IMG/VR virus record: IMGVR_UViG_3300033121_000376
Span: 1 to 64,000 of that record
Length of the DNA: 64,000 bases
Direction: 5' to 3' (one strand)
Origin: a virus
Taxonomy: Duplodnaviria; Caudoviricetes
The notes under the pieces: model-generated
What the model was told of the DNA's origin: nothing
The model's input: the letters and a program-made list of their open reading frames with translations, nothing else
Database searches by the model: none
In this document: positions 37,608-47,019 of the stretch, piece by piece
Numbering within the stretch: the stretch's first letter is position 1
How the letters are laid out: every line of letters begins with the position of its first letter
Program-made: the position numbers and the translations under genes

Positions 37608-38762
37608 TTAAAAATGTTTTTGGTAAGTTTCGAGAATTAAATCCTTATTGTCCTTCCACCAAAGCAAAGCTTCATAGTGCATAGCGTTTATGCTTTCATC
37701 TGAGGTTTCTTTCCAGAATTTTGGAGAATGCTGTTGGCAGCCGATTGCAATTGCATTAGTAGTCATAACGACATTCCACTTTAACCCTGGAAGATTGATA
37801 ATCTCTTTGCCATTACCAATAACACCATTGATTATTACTTCAGAAAGACCCGCTCCGGAAAGATTCGCTCCGAAAAGATTAGCTCCGGAAAGATCCGCTC
37901 CGGAAAGATTAGCTCCGGAAAGATTCGCTCCGAAAAGATTAGCTCCGGAAAGATCCGCTCCGGAAAGAGTCGCTCCGGAAAGAGTCGCTCCGGAAAGAGT
38001 CGCTCTGCGAAGATCCACTCTGCGAAGACTCGCTCCGAAAAGATCCGCTTCGGAAAGATCCGCTTCGGAAAGATTCGCTTCGGAAAGACTCGCTCTGCGA
38101 AGACTCGCTCCGGAAAGAGTCGCTCCGGAAAGAGTCGCTCCGGAAAGATTCGCTCTGCGAAGACTCGCTCCGGAAAGATCCGCTCCGGAAAGATCCGCTT
38201 CGTAAAGCTTAGCTTCGTAAAGACTCGCTCTGCGAAGACTCGCTCCGAAAAGATTCGCTTCGTAAAGCCTCGCTCCGAAAAGATTCGCTCCGGAAAGATC
38301 CGCTCTGCGAAGACTCGCCCCGGAAAGATCCGCTCCGGAAAGATCCGCTCCGGAAAGATCCGCTTCGGAAAGATTCGCTCTGCGAAGATTCGCTCCGGAA
38401 AGATTCGCTCCGGAAAGAGTCGCTTCGGAAAGATCCGCTCCGAAAAGATTAGCTTCGTAAAGATTCGCTCTACAAAGATCCGCTCTGCGAAGACTCGCTC
38501 CGGAAAGATTCGCTCTGCGAAGATTCGCTCCGGAAAGATTCGCTCTACAAAGATCCGCTCTGCGAAGACTCGCTCCGGAAAGATTCGCTCTGCGAAGATT
38601 CGCTCCGGAAAGATTCGCTCTGCGAAGATCCGCTTCGGAAAGATTCGCTTCGGAAAGACTCGCTCCGAAAAGATACGCTCTGTGAAGATCCGCTCTTTCC
38701 CCTTCATCTTCGTTACTAAGCCAAACAAAGTGCTTAGCTAAAACTTCACTAATGTTTAACAT
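37608..38762 (-). CDS. Pentapeptide-repeat protein 2 (paralogue)
   Basis: About 55 pentapeptides. Start moved from 38843 to 38762 (MLNISEVL) on the RBS agagga and similarity to the paralogue N-terminus. Confidence 0.93.
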   Translation of the reverse strand: MLNISEVLAKHFVWLSNEDEGERADLHRAYLFGASLSEANLSEADLRRANLSGANLRRANLSGASLRRADLCRANLSGANLRRANLSGASLRRADLCRANLYEANLFGADLSEATLSGANLSGANLRRANLSEADLSGADLSGADLSGASLRRADLSGANLFGARLYEANLFGASLRRASLYEAKLYEADLSGADLSGASLRRANLSGATLSGATLSGASLRRASLSEANLSEADLSEADLFGASLRRVDLRRATLSGATLSGATLSGADLSGANLFGANLSGANLSGADLSGANLFGANLSGAGLSEVIINGVIGNGKEIINLPGLKWNVVMTTNAIAIGCQQHSPKFWKETSDESINAMHYEALLWWKDNKDLILETYQKHF

Positions 38763-39206
38763 AATTCCTCTATTTGCCCCCGTGTTAAGTGTTGTGTGAT
38801 TTTCGATGTTCGGTTTTTTAGTAGTCATGGTTGTGGTTCTCATAGTTGAGTTTATAAAGTAACAAGCCTTGTATCTGTCCAGGATCTAAAACAATTCCAT
38901 AAATAAGATGCTGTATAACACTTGAATGAATGTATTTTTTCGATCAACCTTCTTAGGCTTTACGTTGTATCGGTTTAGGTGAGTACCGTTGTCAATTTGC
39001 AATTCTGGAATGTAAAACATAGATCAACCTCGTTTACAAAAGCAGTGAATATTGTTTGTTTAACATCACAGCTTCTTTTGCGTGCAATGCTTCAATACCG
39101 TTAAGCAAACTTAACCGCGTTACACGTTTAGTATTCCCGTTTGGATATACGATTTTGATATGATTGAATCCAACTAGATAGTGGCTTTTATCTTTTGAAT
39201 ACGTCT

Positions 39207-39536
39207 TCATTGTTGTGACTCCTGATTGTAGTTATTGAGTAATTCTTTAAACGTTTTTGCAGTGCAGCCGCCTAAACCGTTCAATGTTCGGCCAATGTCC
39301 CAATCGTGCAAACACATTGACAGCTTATAAACTAAATTAAAATCATCTTTACTTAAATGCCATAAAACGCGCTTGGCTTTTCTATCTACTTTTTCTAAAT
39401 ATTTTCCAGATTTTTTAAAATCTTTTAATGTCACCTTAGTTGTTAACATCACGGTTAAAAATTGCAATACGCCTATTGCTATCCCATCGTTGAAACCTTC
39501 AGATTTTAATGTTTTAAAAATCAATACCGGGTCCAT
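39207..39536 (-). CDS. Hypothetical protein
   Basis: 109-aa ORF, RBS aggag. Confidence 0.6.
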   Translation of the reverse strand: MDPVLIFKTLKSEGFNDGIAIGVLQFLTVMLTTKVTLKDFKKSGKYLEKVDRKAKRVLWHLSKDDFNLVYKLSMCLHDWDIGRTLNGLGGCTAKTFKELLNNYNQESQQ

Positions 39537-39566
39537 TTTTCAGACTCCTAAAAAGTTTTAATTATT

Positions 39567-39625
39567 TCACTCGTAGAGTTTTAAATAACTCTACGAGTGA
39601 GTAGGTTTTAAATAACTCTACGAGT
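39567..39625. repeat. Perfect 14-bp inverted repeat plus a direct copy of its right half
   Basis: TCACTCGTAGAGTT-ttaaat-AACTCTACGAGTGA, then TTTTAAATAACTCTACGAGT again at 39606. Confidence 0.85.
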
Positions 39626-39638
39626 AGGTATGTTTTAC

Positions 39639-40499
39639 TTAGCCGTAATATTGGCCGAAAATATCGTCATCAAGCATCGTTACAACACTGTCGTTTTGAT
39701 TGAATACCCTATCGAATCCAGGTTCATCAAAGTAAACATCATCTGCGTATAAACAGTCGGAAGCGTTATCATGGCCTAGACCGTTGGCTATTATTTCAAG
39801 TAGATCCGCGTCATCAATGTCGCTAGGATTGCGCACCGGATTCATGAGACCGTTATCGACTAAAACATCAATGATTTGCCATTTGAATTCCTGAATTGCA
39901 TACCGGTTATTCAATATCGAATTAGGCGCGTAGCCTCTCCAATTGGGCCTGATAATGGCGTCGTCGTTCGAGTACCAGTTACCGTCTAATTCGATACCGC
40001 TTTCAGAATTAACAATGATGAATTTCTTATTTTCAGCAACAACAAATTTATTGTAAGCGCCGATATTAAAAGCGACATTGTCCCAGTCTATCACTTTACG
40101 CTTAACAAGTTCAGGACATAAAACTTTGTTAATGTAACCTTCAGTGTCGGTTATTTTCCCGTTATCACTGAGAATATTAGCTTTCGGAAGGATACCGTTG
40201 TGCATCAAACAACGTTTGCTATCTGGAAAAATAAAAGGGTGACAGTTGTTTAGACTTACTTTTCCATGCGTGGCATACCTAAAATGTATGGCGAATTCAT
40301 TTACGCCCTCTGTAAGTTTTTTAATTTGGGCGATAGTATCCGCGATACTCTTTTTTGAATTGTCTATTTTTTCTACGTGGATTTTTCGACCTTTAAAAAA
40401 CATAATTCCAACACCGTGACCATTAGCCCTAATAGCAGCTTGATATTGTTTATCTTGTATTTTTGCGCCTTCAGCACGTTTTAAAATTATTGTGCACAT
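39639..40499 (-). CDS. Class II (Ntn) glutamine amidotransferase
   Basis: N-terminal MC, NGHGVG, HFRYATHG, NCHPF, MHNG, TDT. Confidence 0.92.
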   Translation of the reverse strand: MCTIILKRAEGAKIQDKQYQAAIRANGHGVGIMFFKGRKIHVEKIDNSKKSIADTIAQIKKLTEGVNEFAIHFRYATHGKVSLNNCHPFIFPDSKRCLMHNGILPKANILSDNGKITDTEGYINKVLCPELVKRKVIDWDNVAFNIGAYNKFVVAENKKFIIVNSESGIELDGNWYSNDDAIIRPNWRGYAPNSILNNRYAIQEFKWQIIDVLVDNGLMNPVRNPSDIDDADLLEIIANGLGHDNASDCLYADDVYFDEPGFDRVFNQNDSVVTMLDDDIFGQYYG

Positions 40500-40522
40500 T
40501 GTTTTAATTCCTAAAAAATTAT

Positions 40523-40586
40523 GGTTTTGTATCAGTTTTTACAGGTTTTGTATCAGTTTTTACAGGTTTTGTATCAGTTTTTACAG
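40523..40586. repeat. 21-bp perfect tandem repeat x3 (intergenic)
   Basis: ggttttgtatcagtttttaca at 40523, 40544, 40565. Confidence 0.92.
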
Positions 40587-40606
40587 TGATTTATTGCGAA
40601 TTTGGT

Positions 40607-40807
40607 TTAATCAAGCCAATATTCTGGACAATTCCAAGCTGTCTCAAGATATTGTTGCCGGTTGAATTCTGCTAACAAATGATCTCTATCGTTCAGTAAT
40701 TCCAGTCTGTAAAAATTTTCAGATTGGTCTAACGTTGCAGCATCGGTATCGAATTCAAACGTTAATGATTCATCTTCGCGGGTGTCAATGTGTGTAAAAG
40801 TAGCCAT
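40607..40807 (-). CDS. Hypothetical protein
   Basis: 66-aa ORF with RBS aggag. Confidence 0.6.
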   Translation of the reverse strand: MATFTHIDTREDESLTFEFDTDAATLDQSENFYRLELLNDRDHLLAEFNRQQYLETAWNCPEYWLD

Positions 40808-40882
40808 TTGTAAAACTCCTACTTTAGATTATTTGTTACCGCCACACTGTTTACAGCATAGCGGCTTGTTAACGTATTGCTT

Positions 40883-43117
40883 TTAAGCTTGTTTGGCAGT
40901 GGGTTTCTTATCAAGCAAACCTTTACTGACTGCCAATTCATGCAGGTTTTTGAAACGTTTAGAATTGCGGTTTAGAGCTTGCAAAAAACCGAGATCCGAA
41001 AACGATTTGGTCTTTAGATCTGTAACCGAAACGGTTTTGACAAATGCAAGTCCAAACTCGACAAACTCTACGCATGCCCTAACTCTATCGCTCCGTAGAT
41101 TAGATCTGAAAATTCTAATCTCAAAAGTTTTAGAATGTTGATAGTTGACCGGCTGGTATTTTTCCATCTGCTTTACTCGCGGTTTAACGAAAACATTTCT
41201 ATCCATGTTTCGATTCGTATAGCTATTTCTAAAATAATCTCGTCGCGCTAACAGTGATAAACTCTCATGGTGTGAGTTTATTAAACATTCAAACTTTGCA
41301 ATGTCCAAATCCGACACGCTGTCACGCGATACGTGTACATGTATCCCACATTGTGTTACGTCCCCTTCTCCCCCCTTAGCGGTTACTCGTTCTAAATAAC
41401 TCCACAACTCATCGAGTGCGTGGGGATCTTGCAGCGCGTTAAAAGTGAAAGGCAATGTGTTTATCTCGCCAGTAACACCATTTGTGCCGTCCGACTTTAA
41501 AATCATTGTTTCTTGTCTTACGTAATAGCTATCGTATTCGTTAAACTTAGCAAATTCGATTTCGAGTCCGTATGTTCGTACACCCTTCTTTTTAAACGAT
41601 AACTCAGGTTTAATAGTTTCCCGATCTTTGTCCACGTCTATATAAACGTAGCCGCAATGATCTAAGACGTTGTCATCGGAAGACAATAAAATATCTTCGC
41701 AACTCTCACCACCGCATGAGCACCCATATCCGACTTCAAAATAGTCTTCACAACTATGACAATATTCAAAGTTATCGTTAAAATATCCGTTTGTATACCA
41801 GTCACCGTTGTAATACGTGCATGAGCGCTCTTCGTGGTATTCATCATCGTTGACACATAGCACATATCCCTCGGTGTCCATTGTGTAGCCTTCGTCAACA
41901 ATGTAAGTCGCTTCAGATTCTGTGATTGTCTCGCCTGTCACGAAATCAATCGTATAGTCGGTATTAAAAGCACTGTTAATGTTGTCTATAACGTCGGACC
42001 TATCAAGTGATAGTTCATCTGCTACGCGGTCGATGAATTTTGTGGAGTTCATATCGGGGAACATCTTAATGAATTGGCGCTCAAAGCGATATGTAACCAT
42101 ATCGTTCATAAATTCATACGCCCGTAGCAGAATGTCATCTGATACATTATCAAACGTTATCAATTTTGAATCCGTTACAGAAATTTTCCGATCTCTAAGA
42201 CTTGGCAACTCGTCGATTAAGTCGGGATGCTCGTCTTTGATAAACTCCTCAAACCCTTTTAAAAGTTTCTTGTAGGGGGACTCATTACGGATCTCACGCG
42301 CATAATATCTGCGCTCGCCGCCCTCTATCTGGCAATATAGCACTTTGTGACTTGATATGATATTTTTGCCGGAACATACGGCGGATTTGTTAAGTACAAT
42401 GTTATTGTACTGTCCGACAAGGTGGGGGGTTTTATGGATTCTGATTTCACAGTCGTTCACGATACCTAAGTACTGACTCGTCATATCGCCAGACACCTGG
42501 AACCGTTTTAAAGCAGTAGAAAAAGGCTTTTCACCTTTTTCAATTGTCGCCAGTAGCATAGGCGAATCGCTAGACGCTAGATGCGCGTCTATCCTAGATT
42601 TTTTCGAGGCTAGAAAAATAAAAATTTTTCCAGATTCGGCAAGCCTTTCAGCCTCTAAAAAGGCCTTTCGGATTGCCCATACATTACTACCGTATAGCGT
42701 AACATCAAAAGATATTACACCACCAAAATAGACACCTTTATAACGGTGTAACTTTTTAAAATCCATAGGCTTTTTAAAACCTGAACACACCACAAGGCAA
42801 TAGCCACTGTGGCGGTTTGAAAAGTTTCCGCTAAGAAAACTGTAAACGTGCCGATTCAATTCAGACACTGGATCTTTAGCACCATACCCTTCGACTGAGC
42901 ATTTTTCCAAAATGCTAGGTATCAACGGCATCTCAACCATATTGGATTTTGTCTCGCTCTCGATCTCGTCAAGTTCCCACGCATACGCGCTAGGAACCAT
43001 CGAAAATCCTTTAACCACGTTTAAGTTCAAGTTCAAGTTCATTTGTGCGTTGATGTTCGCGTTCATTTTGTTCACTCCAGATTTTTGTAATGTATTACCC
43101 CGATAGTAAAAAATCAT
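40883..43117 (-). CDS. Putative amidoligase (COOH-NH2 ligase) with long N-terminal extension and Cys/His-rich linker
   Basis: RTYGLEIEF, LKSDG...GEI, CGIHVHVS, KYQPVN...TFEIRIFRS; CxxC motifs mid-protein. Confidence 0.85.
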   Translation of the reverse strand: MIFYYRGNTLQKSGVNKMNANINAQMNLNLNLNVVKGFSMVPSAYAWELDEIESETKSNMVEMPLIPSILEKCSVEGYGAKDPVSELNRHVYSFLSGNFSNRHSGYCLVVCSGFKKPMDFKKLHRYKGVYFGGVISFDVTLYGSNVWAIRKAFLEAERLAESGKIFIFLASKKSRIDAHLASSDSPMLLATIEKGEKPFSTALKRFQVSGDMTSQYLGIVNDCEIRIHKTPHLVGQYNNIVLNKSAVCSGKNIISSHKVLYCQIEGGERRYYAREIRNESPYKKLLKGFEEFIKDEHPDLIDELPSLRDRKISVTDSKLITFDNVSDDILLRAYEFMNDMVTYRFERQFIKMFPDMNSTKFIDRVADELSLDRSDVIDNINSAFNTDYTIDFVTGETITESEATYIVDEGYTMDTEGYVLCVNDDEYHEERSCTYYNGDWYTNGYFNDNFEYCHSCEDYFEVGYGCSCGGESCEDILLSSDDNVLDHCGYVYIDVDKDRETIKPELSFKKKGVRTYGLEIEFAKFNEYDSYYVRQETMILKSDGTNGVTGEINTLPFTFNALQDPHALDELWSYLERVTAKGGEGDVTQCGIHVHVSRDSVSDLDIAKFECLINSHHESLSLLARRDYFRNSYTNRNMDRNVFVKPRVKQMEKYQPVNYQHSKTFEIRIFRSNLRSDRVRACVEFVEFGLAFVKTVSVTDLKTKSFSDLGFLQALNRNSKRFKNLHELAVSKGLLDKKPTAKQA

Positions 43118-43165
43118 CGAGGTGGATTATATTTTTAAGACTTAGTTTTTTGTCTCTACGCGCTC

Positions 43166-43194
43166 ATTATAGCACTGTCATGGGACAATGCAAA
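43166..43194 (-). promoter_or_regulatory. Promoter at the head of the early minus-strand block
   Basis: Minus strand TTTGCA-N17-TATAAT with extended TG. Confidence 0.65.
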
Positions 43195-44340
43195 CGTTTT
43201 TACACATTACTACATGTTTTTTTAACACTACACTATGTTTATTATGTGACGCATATCACATAAAATCACACGTTTAAAAATTGCAAGATGATGAAAAAAG
43301 CGTAAAAAAAGAGTTTAAAACCGAGATAAAAAAGCGCCTGACAAATTTTGTATTCTAAGTCCAAAAAGTCCCCCCGCCTAAAAAAAATTTTTAACGCAAT
43401 TTGTCAGCCGCCTATTTTTAGGGGAATGATAGAGACGTTAGGTAACTTGTAACATACAGATTAAGGGGATTTTTAAAGGTATGCTGTTTGCAATATGCGA
43501 TATGCTGATAGCTATATGCGATATGCTTAAAAGCGTTCCCGGTCATCTATACTATATATTTACTCTTTCTATAAAAAGTAATTAAAGAAATAATCGCGTA
43601 CCGTGTTCCCCTCGTTGGTGGCAGTGATTAAACAACTTTGAATAAATAACGTCTAGGCTGAGTCGCAAAAGGTAGATTTTTCAGTTTTTTCACTTGAATG
43701 ACGTAATTTTTTGATTTTTTCTAGTTTGTAAGTTATTGATTTATAAGTGAAAGTATAATAAACATAGAGGAGTGCTTATAAACACAGTGCTTTAAAATGG
43801 CTTCCAGAGCCATTTTAAGGCGTTTTGAGCCTTTTTAAAATCCAAACTTTTTGCGGTAGGCTGTCAATAGTGTCGTATTAATTGCCGCCTAAGTAAGATC
43901 CACACTAGTTCAAATCAGTGTTCAATAATTTATAAAAAACGTGTTTTTTCCACTTCGCATAACGCATATTATGTTAAATTGTACAGTTTTTACGCAATGT
44001 AAGTCTCTTTTTTCGGTGTTAGAATGCCTTATAAACCGCGTCCACAGCGAATTAAAAGTCGCGGCACGTCCGTGTGAATTGCGTTTGGCGTCCTGCCAAA
44101 CGCTATAATGTGTGCTGCGCACGGGTGTAATAAGGTTTTAAGGAGTGCTGCGCACGTTTTTAAGACTCAACCTTCGCAAGCTACGGTTTCAAGCAGAGGT
44201 GTGCTGCGCACTTATTAACATGTGGTTGGTGGCTATAGTACCCTACCACCCCTTTAGACCTGCACCTTTCAGGCAGACTACCCCCACGCCTGAAAAACAT
44301 AGTTCTGAAAAAAATTTTGAAAAATTTTTCAGAAAGCGAT

Positions 44341-44408
44341 CTGCAATCTGCAATCCGCAATCCGCAATCCGCAATCCGCAATCCGCAATCCGCAATCCGC
44401 AATCCGCT
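44341..44408. repeat. Heptamer tandem repeat C[C/T]GCAAT x9
   Basis: ctgcaat x2, ccgcaat x7, partial ccgct. Confidence 0.95.
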
Positions 44409-44644
44409 TACCGACATAGGATACCCGTTTAAAAACACATGTTAGGTGCTTAGACAACCCCCCACATCAATAAATGTGCGACAAGAAATCGGTATTTGCA
44501 CGTTACATACGTAAACAAGAATTTTGTATTCGACAGTTTAAAAATTTAACATCACCTCGTAGGGTGTTTTTAACCAGGAAATCACAAACATTAACATATA
44601 CACTAAGGTGCGTAAAAACGTATTCTCATAATTTATTGCAATAC

Positions 44645-44915
44645 AAACTCTTTTTCGTGTTGTTTATACAGTATTTTTTGTATAAGAAAATAAATTGTAT
44701 AAAAAATACGCAGTTCTAGTACTACAAAGTGAAAAAATTTTGTAGAAACAACACGAAAAAGAGTTTACAAATTGTGAAAATTTTGTAGAAACAACACGAA
44801 AAAGAGTTTGTATTTAGGGTTTATACAGTTACACAAGCTTGAAAAACGTATAAATTTTATACGATTTATCCTCTGATGTTAAAAAATATTGTATAAGCAA
44901 CACGAAAAAGAGTTT
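44645..44915. repeat. Iteron-like 18-mer CAACACGAAAAAGAGTTT: three direct copies and one inverted
   Basis: Inverted copy near 44645-44662; direct copies near 44749, 44791 and 44898. Confidence 0.85.
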
Positions 44916-45199
44916 ACATTTGATTTTATTTTGTAGAAGATGAATGGGGAACAGTGATATTTTAGAGAGTGTAAGACATTACGTTTTGGGTTTCTGGATA
45001 GGCCCCATTAAATTTTTAGCATATCGGTTTCCATATAAAAATTGTATTGTTGTAAAAAACATGCAAAGTTGAAAAACAATAATTATTTTTTATTTTATAC
45101 ATAACGTGGTATAATATAACCTACTATTTTTCGCTGCAGCTCTATAACAAGGCTGCCAAAAGTTAAGATAAGTTTTAGCAACTACACTGGAGATCATAA

Positions 45200-46351
45200 A
45201 TGGTGGACACAGACGACGACAACACCTCGTCGAGTATCAAGGTCGAATACAGGCTTGGAAGACTTGACGTGTTGAGATTGGGGGAGGCAGTGGCACTTGA
45301 GAAGATGCTCAGACTGGTTCCAGATAATGTAATCGGTGGAAACCCTATCCAGGAACACCGAGAAATAGAGAGGCGTCTCAGAGAGGCTTATAGCGATGCA
45401 AGACGTGAATCTATGCAGAAGCGCCGAAGAAATATTGGAAAGATTTCTGAATTGAGGTTCGCTAGAATAGAAGCCGCTAAAACAGAGTGTAAGAGACAGA
45501 CACTGGGCATGGGATATGGCGATCCCAGGCGGGAAGAATTAAGAAAACAAATGGATGCGGAGATAGAAGACGCTAACCTGGACTACGGGACTGCAGTTGT
45601 TATGGAGAACTCTCGGAACAGGGCTAGACTGCGTGAAATAACGCTCTCTTACAAGAAGGGTTTAAGCGAGGCGAAAGAGGAGACAAAACGTGTGGTAGCG
45701 GAATTAGTCGAAGCGTTTTCAGTACAGCCTGACGAGTCGTCCAAGGAGAGAAACAAGCGTATTAAAAGGGAAGTGCCTTCAAGACTTCTCGATCCGAGAA
45801 AGGACGACGACATGTTAGCCAACGTAGCCTCATGGAAGTACACGAGTTTTGTAAAACGCAAGCAGAGGGCTAGAGACATCGCGGTGAGAAATCACAATAA
45901 GTACAACATTGACGAGGTCAGTGTAAAAGAATTCTGCGACGAGTCTTTCACAATGCTAGACGCAAAGACGTTTAGATGGTGGAATAAGCAGAGGTTGAAA
46001 GGAAACAGCCCCCTGTTCACTCGTCGCTATGCGCTATTGAACTGTATGGTATCTGTGGAAAGTTTAGGGTGCGCGGGTGATTTAGCGCCGTATCAATGGT
46101 TGTCTATTGATGCTAAACATAGGGAGTATGGAGTCAAAGCCATGTTGGAGTTTTTTGGGTACGAGGAAGGGGAACCTTTGACAACACGGTGTGGAAACAC
46201 TGAGCGGATTTATGTTCGGAGTGGCGTGGAGCTGACAGCCAAAGATCTAAATACCATTGAGAAGGTTGTGGACAGATTCGGCACTGACGGCGCAGCCTAT
46301 TCAGCCGCCGGTGAATTAGACATTGAAAAACTTGGAGAGGACATTATATGA
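45200..46351 (+). CDS. Hypothetical protein
   Basis: 383-aa ORF, RBS ggag; extended -10 TGgTATAAT at about 45107-45115. Confidence 0.75.
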   Translation: MVDTDDDNTSSSIKVEYRLGRLDVLRLGEAVALEKMLRLVPDNVIGGNPIQEHREIERRLREAYSDARRESMQKRRRNIGKISELRFARIEAAKTECKRQTLGMGYGDPRREELRKQMDAEIEDANLDYGTAVVMENSRNRARLREITLSYKKGLSEAKEETKRVVAELVEAFSVQPDESSKERNKRIKREVPSRLLDPRKDDDMLANVASWKYTSFVKRKQRARDIAVRNHNKYNIDEVSVKEFCDESFTMLDAKTFRWWNKQRLKGNSPLFTRRYALLNCMVSVESLGCAGDLAPYQWLSIDAKHREYGVKAMLEFFGYEEGEPLTTRCGNTERIYVRSGVELTAKDLNTIEKVVDRFGTDGAAYSAAGELDIEKLGEDII

Positions 46352-47019
46352 GCGAGAACCATCAAACGAACAATTCTACAACACGAGTGGCGACATCCGG
46401 TGACGAGACAGTATCCGATCTTAAGCAGGCATTGGACCAACTGGGCGCACCCCATACGTTCTCATTCACGAGCACGGCTCGGAATCCGTTTCAGAAGAGC
46501 GCGGCGCACTCTTCAATAGCCAATAAGCTGAGCGCAGTGTATCTCACCCTCGCAGACATTGAGCAGAAATGGTTTGCGATTCGTTTTAAGCGGGAGTTCA
46601 GACAATACCCGTTGTCCATCATTGCGTCTCCAGTTCTGTGCAGCGAATACATGGCGCTGCGAACCAAGACCTGTACAGGGTGCATCATGAAGGGGGATAT
46701 GTGTTGGGCAATGGATTATGCGACCATGTACAAGCGTGACCCTACTCAAATTAAAGTGGAGCTTATCGCACAGCGCGATGAGGATGGAGTGCCGATTTTA
46801 GTTACGAATCCCTCAGAGGAGTTGATAGCGGAAGTCTCTATGTTAATACAGAGTCAACTAAGCGTCGCACGAAGTGTCCTAACCTCGCCGGAAATATTGA
46901 GACATGCGGAGAACATGCCTGTTTGGTATTCGGACTATGTGAAATTGAAACGTTCTCTTGAACGCATGGAAAGTATTTACAGGCAGCTTTGCAGAGCGGA
47001 GTTGGAAAATGAAATCTGA
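46348..47019 (+). CDS. Hypothetical protein
   Basis: 223-aa coupled ORF. Confidence 0.7.
   Translation: MSENHQTNNSTTRVATSGDETVSDLKQALDQLGAPHTFSFTSTARNPFQKSAAHSSIANKLSAVYLTLADIEQKWFAIRFKREFRQYPLSIIASPVLCSEYMALRTKTCTGCIMKGDMCWAMDYATMYKRDPTQIKVELIAQRDEDGVPILVTNPSEELIAEVSMLIQSQLSVARSVLTSPEILRHAENMPVWYSDYVKLKRSLERMESIYRQLCRAELENEI

Larger units (their letters stand above)
43200..45150. other. Repeat-rich AT-rich non-coding strand-switch region (candidate origin or genome termini)
   Basis: No credible ORFs; several repeat families; genes diverge on either side. Confidence 0.6.

Noticed and set aside
36689-38728. Alternative-frame ERIF/APER repeat ORFs
   Set aside because: Shadow frames of the pentapeptide-repeat genes produced by 15-bp periodicity.
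44145-44438. Overlapping ORFs with NPQSAIR / LRIADCG repeats
   Set aside because: By-products of the heptamer tandem repeat in a non-coding region; no RBS support.
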